A stretch of 62,119 nt of DNA, the filler included, from Sphacelaria rigidula (lineage: Eukaryota), in assembly GCA_964200075.2 (NCBI GenBank). It is 5 parts of 5 records of this genome, joined end to end, with 100 filler letters (N's around TTAATTAATTAA, not from the genome) between each part and the next. Parts side by side here need not be neighbours in the genome. Positions count along the whole stretch, not along the records: positions 24,892 to 37,235 come from CAXNAA020003872.1; positions 37,336 to 49,679 come from CAXNAA020003873.1; 3 more parts are not named here. One strand, 5' to 3'. Positions 25,194 to 39,190 of this stretch are shown piece by piece. A program made the translations under genes and the position numbers. Below the pieces are notes generated by a model. That model was not told the DNA's origin and did no database searches. It saw only the letters and a list, made by a program, of their open reading frames with translations. Within the stretch, counting starts at the first letter, position 1; each line of letters begins with the position of its first letter.

Positions 25194-25369
25194 ATGACTA
25201 TGACATGCATGATCATTAGTACACCCCACCCCCAATTGAGCGCAATACGGCGACCAAAGACGTGATCATACGGGGCATGGAGGTAGTTTCAGACAGCATA
25301 AACCGGCTCGTATGGGCGATATCGGAGGCTTCAGCTGCTTGTGCGCTCGGCTTTTGTCATATTGACATG

Positions 25370-25560
25370 GTGTAGTGCGTGAGAGAACAGCGTGCTTAGG
25401 GGACCGCATCGTAATTCAAAGCACCTCAGGATCGACGTTTTGAAAACTATTCGCACCCTTGACTCTAACCCGAACACTAACCCCAACTCCAACCCTAACT
25501 ATAGGGGTGTTGAAATCTCGATGCGGTTCCCCAAACACGCAGTCCTCTCACGCAGTACAC
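25370..25560. mobile_element. MITE family C, second copy in opposite orientation
   Basis: gtgcgtgagagaacagcgtgcttaggggaccgcatcg...cgatgcggttccccaaacacgcagtcctctcacgcag; internal degenerate ccctaa repeats; cacctcaggatcgacgtt is shared with the 23.4-kb copy. Confidence 0.82.
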
Positions 25561-26109
25561 TGGTGCCGACTACATACCGCATATACCGACTGCCCTTGTA
25601 GTAGCCCATCCCAGTTTTGCAGTATTTGTTTATTAAAGAGAGGACCATGCGGCGCATCGAGACTTCAGCCGGTGATTTGGAAACAAACTTGATAAGAGCA
25701 ACTCTGGTTGGCTCGATTTGTGACACTACGAACAAAAACCTACAAACATGGATAAGCCGGTATGTTGGATCGGCTCAGTGGCCCACTGGTATTCATCAGC
25801 ACGAATAACACGACAACTGCAAGTACTTCATGTAATAAGATTTCAACTCAGTCACGCCGTCGGATTCTTCCCAAGCGGCATGGTATAGGGAATGATGACT
25901 TACATCGTCAGTAGGGTACACTATACCTGCAGCTACATATATTATGATGTAATGCACATCTGCACCTGCCATGCATGGCATCGTTTCTTCAAAATCTCCG
26001 CAGCATCCACTCCATCGTCGTATTCTACATGGCCACTACACCGTTTGCATTGTCGTGGAGCGGGGTCTGTTACTAAAGGTATAAGAAAGTACGCTTCAAG
26101 GCGTCCTTG

Positions 26110-28900
26110 TCAATCACAGCCGGACGATCCGTGAGAGAGCTCTCTTCTGGCGTCTTCCCGCTCCGTACCACCTGATACGTGTATCGGCGAGAAGTGCCAC
26201 AGGACAACTGCCCAACTTATTTCCCTCCAACAGCAACTCTCGCCAAGCTGGCCTGCCCCGACGTTGTCCCTTGACACACACGTGGGCGCGCGGTTCTTTC
26301 GCTCCAGCAGGTTTCCTTCGGAAAACATGCCTTGCGCAAGGATCGGGGCTCTGTAAAAGTTGGATATTTCGGGGGTGTAATGATTCCAGGACGCTGAGAC
26401 ATTATTATTACGAGCGTTCTGCATCGATGACGATGTGAATGTCCAGTATTAGCTGGGGTGATGCCGCGTTCGCCGCAGCATTGGCCTCGGGCCTCACAGA
26501 GACCCATCGGAGCTCATCGGCGACGGCGGCAAGCTCTGCTGTTAAAACATTGCCTTCACCCTGTGCCTCCTGGCAGTAGGTCGAAGCCACACCATGGGCT
26601 GAATGCAGAGGCTTGAGAGCCCCAAAATACTCCTGGCCTTCATGCCCATTTCCTCAGTAGCGATGAGGGAATGTAGGCGAGGATCGCCCAAGCTACGCAT
26701 GCTCACCCCGAAGAGGTAGTCGAAACAGTGTCGGTTGCCAAATGAGGTCCACGCAAGATTCTGCGGGATACAGCGCGCAGCGAGAAGCACTGCGTGACGA
26801 CATCATGGTCTGAGTACGCATGTAATATCGTCAGTGATCCCTGCAGTCTGCAACTAACGAGATCCCCCAAACACGATACGCACTGTTCACACTTCAGGAA
26901 CTACCGGCGTTCAGACAAAATCGTGGTGAGTCTTCGTGCCAGCACTCACGGAAATGAACTATAGACTGTGCGCCGAAAGGTCATGTATCCCAACTAATAG
27001 GAGTGATCATGGAACGCAGTTGTCTCGCAAAAGCCACACCTTGAACGGAAGTGACCGCTTGATTCCCTGTTTCTCCTCACAAGCGAATCGTGTACAGAGG
27101 ACGTCTGTCAACAGCCATCCCCACGCAGGCCAGCCGAAGTTTTGAAAGCGGTATTCCAACCACGGAGCTCTTGCATTGTTTCTGCAAACGAACAGCCAGT
27201 GAGTAGAGATGCGCCGTAAGGAAAGAGACGCCTGCTCACAAAATCTGCTGTACCTGAAACCTATAGAGCGTATCGGAAGGCATTATGATTGCAGAGGTTC
27301 CGACGCCGTAATGACTCAGCTTCGGATCGTCGCGACCCGTCGACGAAAGGATGAAAGAGATCAGCAGTATGTCGGTCGTACGGTTGGTTCACAAAGCACG
27401 TTGCGAGCACATGCGCACGACTACCTGAAGCTGCATTGAGAGGACGACTTTTTCCCGGGTGTAAAGCGTGGGAGGATCGCGTATTTTTTGGCATCGGAAT
27501 CTGAACACCGCAGGACCTACGTGTCGGGAGGACCGCGCGAACCCCGTCAATGCAGGAACCACGCCCCGATCAAACCTCGTCTACGCATATATCGAGCCAA
27601 GGGTAGTAAAGCTGTATGACCATTTCCTTCGTGGCAAGTTCAGCGCTGGTTTGGGGAAGGGTTATCGCCGCATCACTCCGAGGCGGTTCATCTGTGAATC
27701 GGTACCATATCCCACCCCTTTCAATCAAAATGATACCGGTTCACAAATGAATCACTTACGGTGACAAAAGGACGAAGGTCCGAATTTCAATCCATCTGTC
27801 GACATAGAGTGCGAACACATGCGTGGCAGAATAGGTTCGGGTGCGTGGCAATCCTGCGGTTTCCCGACCGCTACTTATGCGCCGCACTTTTGAGAGTTCC
27901 TCGGTGGCGTACTGCTCGTGAGCGATGCTCCTAGCCTCGTCACGGGTGACATTGTCCTTTGCTGTTGTTACCACGCTGACCAGTGACGTAGGCGAACACC
28001 ATCCGCGAGGGTGCTCGTTCAAACAGATGCGCGGGTGCTACAGATTAAGATAAGCACGCTCAGTTCTGCCTGTCTGTGTATATTACGCGCTCGGACGAAT
28101 ACTTCTCGGGCAGAAGGGACCCATGGTATACTTTCTGCCGCCGAAGACATTGTCGGCCCGGCGGAAACTCAAACGTTTCGGACAGACTGCTATTATATAT
28201 ATACGTGTTTGTGTCCATTGCGACGTTGTCTGTATTCCGGCTTGTGCGTACATAGCAGGGGTTACGAAATAGTGAGTCAACCGTTGGTTGATAATGGGTT
28301 CCAACATTCACTCAAAGTTTCTAGGTTCGTCATGAAGTGTGAGTTTTTTTGCTGCCCGTGGCAAGACCGTGCGCTTATTGCTGCACGACGATACCCTTGT
28401 CGGGGATATCAGGGCCTTCGGCCGGGAGCTATCGCAGGATGCGTGTAAGGTATCCACTTGGGGCGTGGGGGGGAATATCTGGACGGGGACGGTTCTAGCA
28501 TGAGTCGCTCATTTCCGAAAATCTCGGGCTACACATTCTGCTGATCGACGAGGGCAACGTCATACAAATGTACGCTTTGATTAATCTGATAGCTAAGCGC
28601 TCACAGTAGGGATGCTCTTGGGCCGGCCCGGCGAGTTTCTCCCCAGGAAATACTAGTCGATGAATGAGATACGGATTTTTGCCATTAGGGTTTCGCTCTA
28701 AAGCGGACACATGAATGTTGGCGTAGTACGGAACCGAGTATTTTTTCGTGCGTGTACGGAACTGCTGCACTGGTGAAAATAGCCAATTTTCCGAAGTCGA
28801 CCACGGCTTACTTCTTGACCTCGCACCGCTATTCCGCCGCCGAGGTGAGCTCGGCCGCATGCATGCAGGAAGCCCTCCGCACACCGTCTAGGGGTGCCAA
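26110..28900 (-). CDS. Possible exons of an unidentified spliced gene or gene relic
   Basis: Coding-like stretches with plausible donors (…GQE|gtaagc ~28810; …EELSK|gtgcgg ~27886; …NVLTAELAAVADELRWVSV ~26500). No recognisable domain and no consistent model built. Confidence 0.25.
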
Positions 28901-30977
28901 ACGGATCGTGCGAAGGACTTAATACTATTGGCATCATCGCATCGGATGATTGAGACAAGAAGCACGCGGCAATCCCAACTTGCGGGCCTGTGCACGCCGA
29001 ATAGAGATCACGGTTCGCATACCACTGCACAGACAGCTTAAAACCGAAGGATTCTGATGGTGAGGGTAGGAACAACAGCATCTTCGTGAGAACGGGATGC
29101 TCACTCCCATGAAGTGCAAGTGTTGTACTCACACTATGGGGGTTGACCACTCAATATGCCCAAACCCGTGGTCGACACGTTTCAAAAATAACTCTTACCC
29201 TAATCCTTACCCTAACCCAAACCCTAGCACCAACCAAGGCATACCGAGAACCCTCGGGCAAGGGGAGTGTAAAGTGTGTCTCAGGTGAAGCGTGGGCTCG
29301 CAGACCTCAAATCGGCGCACGTGGCGCCGATCTGGACAAAAATTCATTCTCCACGCTAGGAGCACTCGGAAGTGTCAGTCGCACTAATCATCCGAGACTC
29401 AGCGTTTACACTCCATCAGGTAAAGCTCCAGAAAGATGCCCTGTGGCCTTCTTTTCGTTTATTTTCTGCATAACCCCGATTTCTTCAGCATACTGGTGAC
29501 ATTTTTCAGGTATTCTAACACTCTGCTGCCTACACTGTAAGAGGTAGATTCTATTCCGTTTTATCAACTCTTACGTCTCATCATACTACCACAGCAGCAG
29601 AATTCAACAGTTGTCAACCCCAAGTACCCACACCTTATGATGCACCGGAAGTTTGAATAATCTGACGCCATCAAATCTATCATTTTGTTGAAGACGTTTC
29701 GATCGGAACTGCTTTCGCGAGCTGGTTCCGGATGTCAGGTGGTCAAATACTTCGCGAACCCGGATGCAGTGTCCTGGAGTGCTCCTTATGATCAATCCGC
29801 CACGAGCGCCACATATACAGGTGTAGCGTAGGACGTGCATTGTTACATAGCTGCAGTCTGTTAGGTTCGTCAAAGATGCAGGTCTTCGTCGCCATTATGT
29901 GTACCTCAAAGTACGCCTCCGAAGGCATCATGTCTTGTTGAGAATCAGTACAGACTCGAAAATCATACGCGGTGAAATATCATTTTTCAGAATGGTCTCA
30001 GCCCCATACTGTTTGTCCCGGCGCAGTGTTTGGGAGCCTGCTTGACCTCTCAGGCAAGTCATAAAAAGTCGTTTACACGCGCTATCAACTTTTCAGGCAC
30101 TTTGCAAAATAGGTTTTTGAATCATTCAGCCATCAATTGCGAATGCAGTCGCGTTGAGAATACAAAGTACAAATCAATGTTGCAACGAATGAAGAGTTGT
30201 GCTCGCCATAGCTGAAAACAGTGACGATAGTCATGGCCAGTTATTGATCAGTACGCAGACAGTAGCTGAATATCAATTTATGAGTAGCTTACAGTATAAC
30301 CTGGATAAACGGTTTGATGTCGCCTTGTATCCTTCCCGTGAAGTTCTAGGAACAAGTTTTAGAAATAGCAGAATTGCGAAACATCCGTTCAGCGAAATGG
30401 GAAAAATACATTATTGGGCAGTATAGCCATATGCAAGAAGGAATATCCGTAGAAAGTAATAGGGTATTCTTATTTTGTGGAGAGTAGTATATGGTGATTG
30501 GATACAATTGTCAGATCCTCCGTTCTAGGTGGGAACGTAACAAGGACTGGTATTTGTGAGTCATCCTACGATAGGGGGAGGGAGGCCATACTCATTACTC
30601 GTTGGTTGCCTTGGTCGTTTCACCGTTGACCACGCATCCCTTTCGAGACGGAGCATCGTTCCTACTCCTGATAGAGACAACTCAAACATTCCGGTGCTCA
30701 TTGCGTTTTCCTAATAGAGACAACTTCAACATTCCGGTGCTCATTACGCTTCTCCCTAACACTACACAAACACCTTTTACATATTTTATCCCCGTCCTGT
30801 TTCGCCGTCTGTGGCCAAAATTTATCTCCTAGTATAGCCATCGTTTTTTCGCTACTGTCTAACGCATCAAACGAGTTCATGCCACCTTCGTTCACGTCCC
30901 GCATTTCCCCTCGAGCACGTGCCGTTTCTCTTTGTATAGTTCACATTCTACGTTCTGGAACTATATGGGTTTATTCA

Positions 30978-31225
30978 TGTGAGCAGGTACACTGAGTGAA
31001 CATGTACATGTGCGGATAGATATATGCTGACGCACGGGTTCTGGTAGTTGCTGTGTGTGTGACTGCAGTACCATGCTCGAGCGAGCAGCGTCGCTGCTGC
31101 TGGCCCTCCCTCTTCGTCTGATCCCTCTTACCGAGGGTTGACTCTGTCAAGGCACTCATCAATTATACAAAAGATAAAACTATCTATCCTTAACTACGGG
31201 CCACGGAATACACTAGTGTTACAAC
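30978..31225 (+). repeat. Candidate 5' LTR of the Copia element
   Basis: Starts with TG and ends near ...gttaca, followed by ggtt and the gag ATG at 31238; no 3' copy is available to confirm it. Confidence 0.35.
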
Positions 31226-32310
31226 CGGTTGGGCAAAATGACAGATGAAGATGGTAAGCCTGCTCCAGTAGTCGGTGAGCAGGGTGTTCTTGAAAAGTTG
31301 GGGATGGTGACTAGCCAGCTTAGTTTCATGAATGAGCTATCGAGTGACTTGCAGTTAAACCAAATTGCAATACAGGATGAGGTAAATGATATGAGGGTAC
31401 TAAGAGAGTCCGGGGGCGTAGAAACCAATGGCGTCCTCGATAGGTATGATTCCCATAGTCCACGGAGGGAATCCAGAACTATTACCAGTACAGTAGAGCG
31501 AAGAAGTGCCGGAGTTCGAAGATACCGCCAGTACATCGGGACTCAAGCCGGTTCGGAGGAAGGAGCTCGCGATGTGGAGGACAACGGAGCCAGAGACGAC
31601 GGAGCTAGAAGCTTTCTCCCCGAGCGTGGGTCAATCTTTGAGTACGATGCAAACGGAAATGTGTAAGGAGTATCCGGTTTCGACAGAACGTGCCAAACTT
31701 TTCAGGGAAAAACGCCGAATTTGCACGTTACAACATGAGCTGATCACCTGCGGACGTGGTGAAGGAATTGACTGGGTGTTTACCATCGCCGGCGACACTT
31801 CGTACGACGTAAATGTTGGCGACCCTGAAGTATCACTGAGATAGCTGGAGACTAGATACGGGAAGGACATTGTGGCAGCCCAAGTGAGGGCGAGACGGGT
31901 GCTTGTTGCTAGTCTCGAAGGCAAGAGAGGGCAAGATATCTTGCTCAAACTTCACTCACCTGGTGCAGTCTGGAGAAACCTTGCACATGTTTTTCGCCCC
32001 GAAACGAATGGGGCAAGAGTGGCGCTGTTGGAAAAAATTGATGGAGTCAAGAGTGAGGTTTGTGACAATCCAGAGCAGACGTTGCTCAAGATGGAAGAAA
32101 ACGAACGAGAGCTGAACTCATACGAGAAACATCAACCCCTAAGCGAAAACAATTCCCTCATGAAATATCTCAACGCCTTGCCGTACGAGTATCACATCGA
32201 GAAGCGATTGCTGGAGGATCGAGAGGGGCCGCTGACATGGGAGGTTGTGATAACCTCGGTCCGAAAGCGCCTCGAGTCGGCCACGTTGAAGCAGGAACTT
32301 GCCCGGGGAC

Positions 32311-34201
32311 ACACGTGAACAGATAGCACCCTGTGGGGCGCGTCTACAGGGTTTCAGGGAAACTGTGCAGTGTTTCTCGCGGGGATTTGGCTGTAGGGTA
32401 TTTTTTCACGCCGCACAGTACGCTTCACAGGGTTTCTTCACCTCGCGTACTGTTCATTGTTGTAAATATGTTGTACAGCGTTTATATCGCACATATACAA
32501 TATACTCCAGTTTACAGCGTGGGCATAGTACTGGCAAAAAAACGACCGAGACGTCGCAGGTAGGTAGTAGATATTGAAGTCGTGTCTCTGGGCCCGTGAG
32601 TACGACGAGATATACATTGGACTACCTTCGATTTGTTATTGGTGTGGAATATATTTTTGTGCTTCTAATAAATATCAAGCAAAAATCTCCAGAAACAAAA
32701 TCATTATTGATTGAGTGATTGTTTCTAAACACCATCTGGTTTGTCTTGGTAGACATTGGACAACAGGTTTTTTATTAACTATGTGCATAGATATGCGAGG
32801 TATACACCTTTCTCCCAGCATCCACGCCTAAAGCCGAAGCATCGTATCTGGGCTCAGGCGTATGGACATACACTCGTAAGCAGTGTTTGATATTTGTATT
32901 CAGCAAGAGCTGTTGAGAATTCTCTGCTTTAGCCCAAGTGATATATAAATTGGGGGGCAAGAGAATGAGTTGTTTGCAACAATCTTTGACGGTTAAGACG
33001 AATCAGAGATCATACGAGTCGACTCCTCATGATGCGAAAGCAGTCATGCTGTATGATATATTGGTCCCACTGAGTCGAGGGTGGATAACACATATGCAGC
33101 GCAGTCATCTTGCGCGCATTACAGCTGTGAGAAAATTACGCATCGTTCAGGGCCCATCGGAAGTGAAGATTCAACCTGTATAACTTGTTGGTCCCGCATT
33201 AGCCCGAAGGTGGGAAAAACGTACGGGCGCCCACCTCGAACGACTTGGTCAAGCAACTTGTACATGAGGTTCCCGACTCATGGTAAGAAGTGCGTGGCAC
33301 GTACAATCGATGCATTCGAATTCGCAGTGCAGGGTTGACTATGCGCCCATTATTCACCCCTGTATTCATGGGAGGTAGAAGCGGGTACCTTTGGGTTATA
33401 CTGCACGACGCACGAGCTGAGAAGCTGTGTGAATTACAGATGGTGTACGAGTAGGATTATTATATGATATGAATCACGAGTTGAGTCGTCCCAACCGTGA
33501 AATCTTTGCCGAGTCTCGGATCCCATCCGCTGATTACAGCGCAGTGTGCGGAACTTGCACAGTTGAGGCTGTTCGCAATAAGTTATCTTTTTGCCCAATT
33601 TCTGGATGAACTAGCGGGCAAGGTGAGTATCTATTTCGAGCTTCTTCTCCTGTATATATTCCAAATCTGCCAGTGTGTATGAGATTTGTGGAGCAGATGA
33701 AGCTGTTCAAAATAAATCCTTTTTGTGCCCAATTCAAGTACAAATGGGCAAAAAGAGGATTTATTATAAACAGCAGCTTCATCTACTCCACAAATCCCTT
33801 ACATGTGTGTGAGATTTGTGCAGCAGATGAAGCTGTTCAAAGTAGATCCTTTTCTTGCCCAATTGAACTGGGCAAGAAAAGGATTTTTTTCGAATAGCTT
33901 CTTCTGTTGTCCGAAATAAATCCTTTTTTCGCCCGATTGCTCAATCGGAAATCGGGCAAAAAGAGGAACTATTTCGAACAGCTTCTCTAAATGAATAATG
34001 TTCTAGATTCTGTAACAAAATAATTGGGAATTTTCAAATTGGGAGTGCCTCTCCACAGGGTTGCTAACAGGGTCTCGAGAAAAACGCTACACAGAATGTT
34101 GGTAGAGGTACTAGGGTTTGCAAATGCCGTACAGGGGTTTTCGCAAAGACTGCGAAGAACCCTGTGCAGCACGTCCTACAGGGTGCTATCTGTCCACGTG
34201 T
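32311..34201. mobile_element. Non-autonomous 1.9-kb TIR DNA transposon inserted in Copia gag
   Basis: TIR acacgtg(a/g)acagatagcaccctgt at both ends; 4-bp TSD GGAC at 32307-32310 and 34202-34205; excision restores the gag frame ELARGQKPSLGDQAFLA; internal repeats at ~33560-33990. Confidence 0.9.
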
Positions 34202-36309
34202 GGACAGAAGCCATCTCTGGGCGACCAGGCTTTCCTCGCCAGGGGTGGGACCGGAAAACCGAGCGGTGCACACCGCAAAGGAAAACCGGGCAAACCCCAG
34301 GGCTCTGGTCAAAAAATAGCGGGAGCCAGAGTTCGAGCAGCTCCGGGTCGACATCGTCGGGCGGCAAACCGGCGACTGTGAAGCTAATTCACTACCACAT
34401 TTGCGAAGAGGACACGACGCACCGCCCCAGGGATTACCCGAAGAGATACTGCGGGAGGTGCGTTCAAAGGGGGCAGAAATTCTGGGACTGTCCGAGATCG
34501 ACAGTGAACAAAGAAGATGTAGCGATGGCATCAGGTGCGGCCGACGACAGCGAAGACTCTTCCGTTTGCTCGGACGCGGATGGGGAAGCTTTCGCCTCTT
34601 TCGACACCACCATCAACGACGAAGCAGGCGAGTACGCATTGTGTGTTGGTCAGGGGGGTGATAAACAGCAGGGTGAGGGTGAACCGTGGCTGTTTGACAT
34701 GGGGCGACCCAACATTTCTCCCCCGATTCCTGTGGGATGACAAAGTACAGAGGGTGTCAGGGTAGGGTACTATGGTGCGCGGGTGGTAGTACTTACCCAA
34801 TCGTAGGCAGAGCATATTTGTATCATGCTTTCAGATCTGACGGACAGGATGTGGTGGTCAAATTAATGGATGTTGGTCATGTACCTCATGTCCGTTATTA
34901 CCTCTTGCCACTCACAAGGATCCAAAACAGTGGACACACCTACACCGGTTTTCATGGAGGTTTCAGGGTAGATCTCATTTCAGGCAAAGCCCCCAAAAAA
35001 CTGGACCGACTCGCCAACTGAAAATGTACGCCCACCGCCTTGACCAAAATGGTAGTGACAAGTGTGCTTCGGCATATGCTGTGATTGCCCCGGGGGCTCC
35101 GTCTAGCCCCCAGATCGTTGATATAAACGGTTTCCACTGTGCGCACGCCCACGTTCACGAGGACCTTCTCCGAAAGACCACAAAGCAGCTGAGAGTGCAG
35201 CTGACTGTAGAGTTGCAGCCCTGCCGCGGTTGCTCGGAAGCAAAGGAATTACGACGGGCGATTCCAAGATCGACGCACACGAGAGCAGCTAAGTCAGCGT
35301 CTAGAGTGTTTGTAGATCTTTCCGACCCGAAACCGGTCAATTCTCACGGGGGAAAGTGGTACACGATGATAGCACGAAACGATTACTCACGATTCACGGA
35401 CCTGTATTTCCTCCGCACGAAGCATGACGCAGAGCTATACTTCACGCAATACATTGCAGAGATTTCTGCAAGAACCGTCGAGATGGTCACGGGGGTGAAT
35501 TCTCGGAGGGTGCATTTGGTGAACTGTGTGACAAGGAAAAGATCGAGCGGGAAAAGACGACTCACGGCTCACCCCAGTTCAACGGCGTTGCAGAACGGGC
35601 ATTGGGTATCATCGAAACAACTGGCCTTGCGGCCAAGATCCAAGCATCTGAGCTGTACCTAAATGAGCGTATTCCGAATGGTAACAACCTGTAGGCTGAA
35701 CAGACGCACTGGGCGTGCCATGCCCCGAACTGCATTGCTACCTCGGCTAACCCGACATGCAAATCACCGCATGACATGTGGTACGGATCACCACCGGACG
35801 GTGATAACATTCCGTTTTTGAAGCCTGAATTCTGCAAGGGGAGGAGGACAAACAAAATCCTGCCCAAGGCGGAAAATGCTGGTATTTGAGCCCAGCCTCA
35901 GGCTATCCACGTGACGCGACGCGAGTGTTGACTGTACGAGGATCCATCATCGTGCCAAGACATGTGATATGGGCACGTACCTCCCCCAACCCCTCCCGCA
36001 CACTACAGCAAGCGATCAGACGCCGGGCGAGCCGAAGGATTCCAAGGTCGATGCAGGCCAGGAGGTGAGCGAGCAAATGGTGGAAAGTTCACTTCGTCCA
36101 GCGGTTCCTCGAGCGTACCGTCCTCTCCGCCGAGTTCTGTAGGTGCGGGAGGCGGGGCAGCACCGCAAATGCCCGTGAGTACTGCAAGGGGCGAAGTGAC
36201 TTCACCGCCTCCGCGAGGGGGGGGGGGCGAATGCGGGGTGAATCCACAGATCCGCGTTTTAGATTCGGTCAACGGAGGGGGTGAGGGGGAACAAGAAAGA
36301 TCATCATCA

Positions 36310-36445
36310 TCTACATCGACACCGACTTCAACGCCAACGCCGACATCAACGCCGATGCCGACAGCTACGCCGACGCCGACACGGACATCAACGCCGACGC
36401 CAACACCAGCGCCGACGCCGACATCAACGCCGACACCCACATCGG
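36310..36445 (+). repeat. (ACGCCG)-type minisatellite encoding a Thr-Pro run between Copia IN and RT
   Basis: TSTPTPTSTPMPTATPTPT... in ORF 36169-36501. Confidence 0.85.
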
Positions 36446-37235
36446 CATCGTACACTCCCTCGTCGCCCGCAGTGTCACCCTCTTCCACGCATCCCTCGTA
36501 AGACGGCGGAGGGGGCGGCGACGCTCCTCAACTCCCGAGGACCGAGCGGCGCCCTCTCACGTGGGGCGACGAGTTGCCGACACCAAGGGCGGGGCGTACT
36601 AGGAGCCAAATGTGCGAAGCCATGGGATCAGCGCACACACATGGCGAGAAATGGGAAAAAGAAACGGAGATGGCGCTGGCGGGGATGGCCAAGGACAAGT
36701 GCTCGACCGTGGAGATGATCACCGCGGCAGCAGGACAGGTGACAGGACAAGACGCCATCGTCTCAACCCAGAATGAGTTGCCCGACAACGAGATTTTTGT
36801 TTTTTGATGAGGAAGACAGGATAGGACAACCCGAATACGGTTTGTGTTCACCGGTTGGCCTGCATGCATTGAAATAGAAGCAGCACCCACCAGTATGGAT
36901 GACGTAGCGATCTCAGAGTTCCGGGAGGTATGGCTTGGCGCGATGCAGGCAGAACTGGGAGATCACAAAAAAGCTTAACCACTTTTGAGTGACACAGTAC
37001 CAGAAGAAGCTCATGTGGTTTCAGCAAAATGGGTCTTCATTTAGAAAATCGACGCCGATGGTATCGTAACAAAGGCAAAGGCTAGGCTGGTAGCGCGAGG
37101 ATTCGGACAACGTTTCGCGGTCGACTATTTCGAGACTTTTGCGGTGAATCGTCCGTAACGAAACGCAGTGGGGGGGGGGGGGGGGGGGGGGTTCAATTTT
37201 TTGGTGTCCAGTATTAATGATGAGCTTTACCCTGT

Positions 37236-37335
37236 NNNNNNNNNNNNNNNNNNNNNNNNNNNNNNNNNNNNNNNNNNNNTTAATTAATTAANNNNNNNNN
37301 NNNNNNNNNNNNNNNNNNNNNNNNNNNNNNNNNNN
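37236..37335. other. Artificial contig linker
   Basis: Same N44-TTAATTAATTAA-N44 structure. Confidence 0.99.
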
Positions 37336-39190
37336 CGCTGAAATGAGTCATGGGGATTTATCCATCACGAGTCAACTTAATATACTAAAACCAAGTGATT
37401 TCCTGACGAATCATCATTTGTCCTAACCGTGTACCCTATCGAACATACCCGTACCCTACAGAACACGATCATGTCTGTGTAGATAATACGAGTTTCAAGC
37501 TCTTCCATGTTGTTGAGCAGCTATCCTCTCCTGCTGCACGCCAAAATCGATTTTGCGTTCTCAGATTGAATCTGCCATAGATGCTGAATTGAAATCGAAC
37601 CCGTTAAGCCCATCATCATCGACACAGCTTTTTTTCGGAGACTTGCGAACTTTTCGATCTCTGCGTTCAGACTTTTCCGAGAATGAAGCGGCTTGATATT
37701 TTCTCAGAAGCTTCATTTTCGGAGGAATCCGAAAAATTGAAGAGCTGTGTGTACGCCGTGGCGCTCACAAGCGTTCGAGAGTTTTCGGGGAGCTTGACCG
37801 TGACACCCTAGGCCACGTGGGAGAGTAAAAAGCGCCGCGGGTTGGCGGGAGAAGTGTCCTCAGGCCGACGAAGGGGACCCAACGACGAGACCGGCACTGT
37901 GTCCGTGATGAGATATCTAATAGCGACGGCAAAACCCGATAAGAATGGACCGTTAGGAGGTCTCCAGAAATTCAGGACTACCCCAAAACATACTTCTTCG
38001 ATAATAATGGACATTAGGGGTTGGATATTCCACCGTGCCACCTGCAGTAAGGTCAAGCTTCACAAGCTCACCTGCCGTGGATCCTACATTGAACACAAAG
38101 CCATCACGGAGTGCCTGGCGGGCACCCACAGCTTTACAGCCCTTCAGGACGTTTCAACAGTGTGTAGAGAGGACTGCGTGCCGACTGTAATTTTCGTACC
38201 GACCGGGACCAATAACAGTGCAGGAGTTCGGGGAATCTCCAGCGCAAATCAAACCGTCTTCGCAGGGTTCAAACGCACCACGCTACAGTGTCAGGTACAG
38301 CACGGGAATGACGAGTCTGGGTACGAAGCGGCTTGTTCGTTGCAAAATGCACAACGTTCACCAAACACATCGAAGCATTTCACTTTGATAAGACATGACT
38401 ATGGGGCGACAACAACTATTTTGTACAGAGCTAAGCACAACAACACAGCAGCTCAGGCAGCGGAGACCAAAGCGTCTTCGCAAGGTCTGAACACACCTTG
38501 GTACAGTTACAGCCACAACGCAAGGGAGAGGGCGTGGATGTGTTTGTGCTGCAGGAAAGTAATACTCCTCAATGTTCGTCAGGGGTTCAAAATAGGGTGC
38601 CCATTTTGATTAAGACACCCGCCTGATATGACCAAAGTTCAAAATTATCGCGGTTACTTTTGTTCAAAACCGCCACTGCTTTTGTTACGTCGCGTGCGGT
38701 TTTTCACATTCCCCTCAAAATTCGACGCGATTTGGATTCTCGACGGGTCCCATAAAAGCTGGTTTCATTTCTTTTCAAGACGAAACTAATACAAAAAAGC
38801 AGCTTGGGATTGGCAACGCAGACGAAACTCGTCGGATTGAAATGGCTGAATATTTTTGTTTCGTTGGCCTGGTAAATCAGCAAAATCCAGAACTCCAGAA
38901 CTCCAAAAAAAGTCGATGAATGCCCGAAACATATTACTGCCGAGATGCCCCTGCAAGCCTTGTACGAGACCTTATACGTTTTCTGTAGTAACTTGCCACT
39001 GAAGCCTCTGATATCCCCGGGTAGGTTATCGACATGTAGCTGTAAGCACACAACAATGTTGCAGGAAAGACACACACACACGAATGAAAAAAAAGGTCAC
39101 GTAAGAGCGAGTCGTGGAAATCACCTCAGTCAATTACTAGACTCTTAATCTGGCGAAAAGGCTGTTACAACAATTTAACGTGCGATAAAT

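Larger units (their letters stand above)
31238..37150 (+). mobile_element. Decayed Ty1/Copia retrotransposon (gag-PR-IN-RT start), 3'-truncated near the contig end
   Basis: Gag YLNALPYEY; degenerate double Zn-knuckle (HICEEDTTH..., CGRC...C); protease WLFDMG; GAG-pre-integrase HCAHAH...CRGC; integrase VFVDLSDP and NGVAERALG; RT start KWVF, KAKARLVARGFGQ, VDYFETFA (~37030-37143). IN precedes RT. Confidence 0.93.

Noticed and set aside
37842-38609. 255-aa ORF on the plus strand
   Set aside because: Non-ATG start, no recognisable motif and no clear splice structure; probably a chance ORF over repeats
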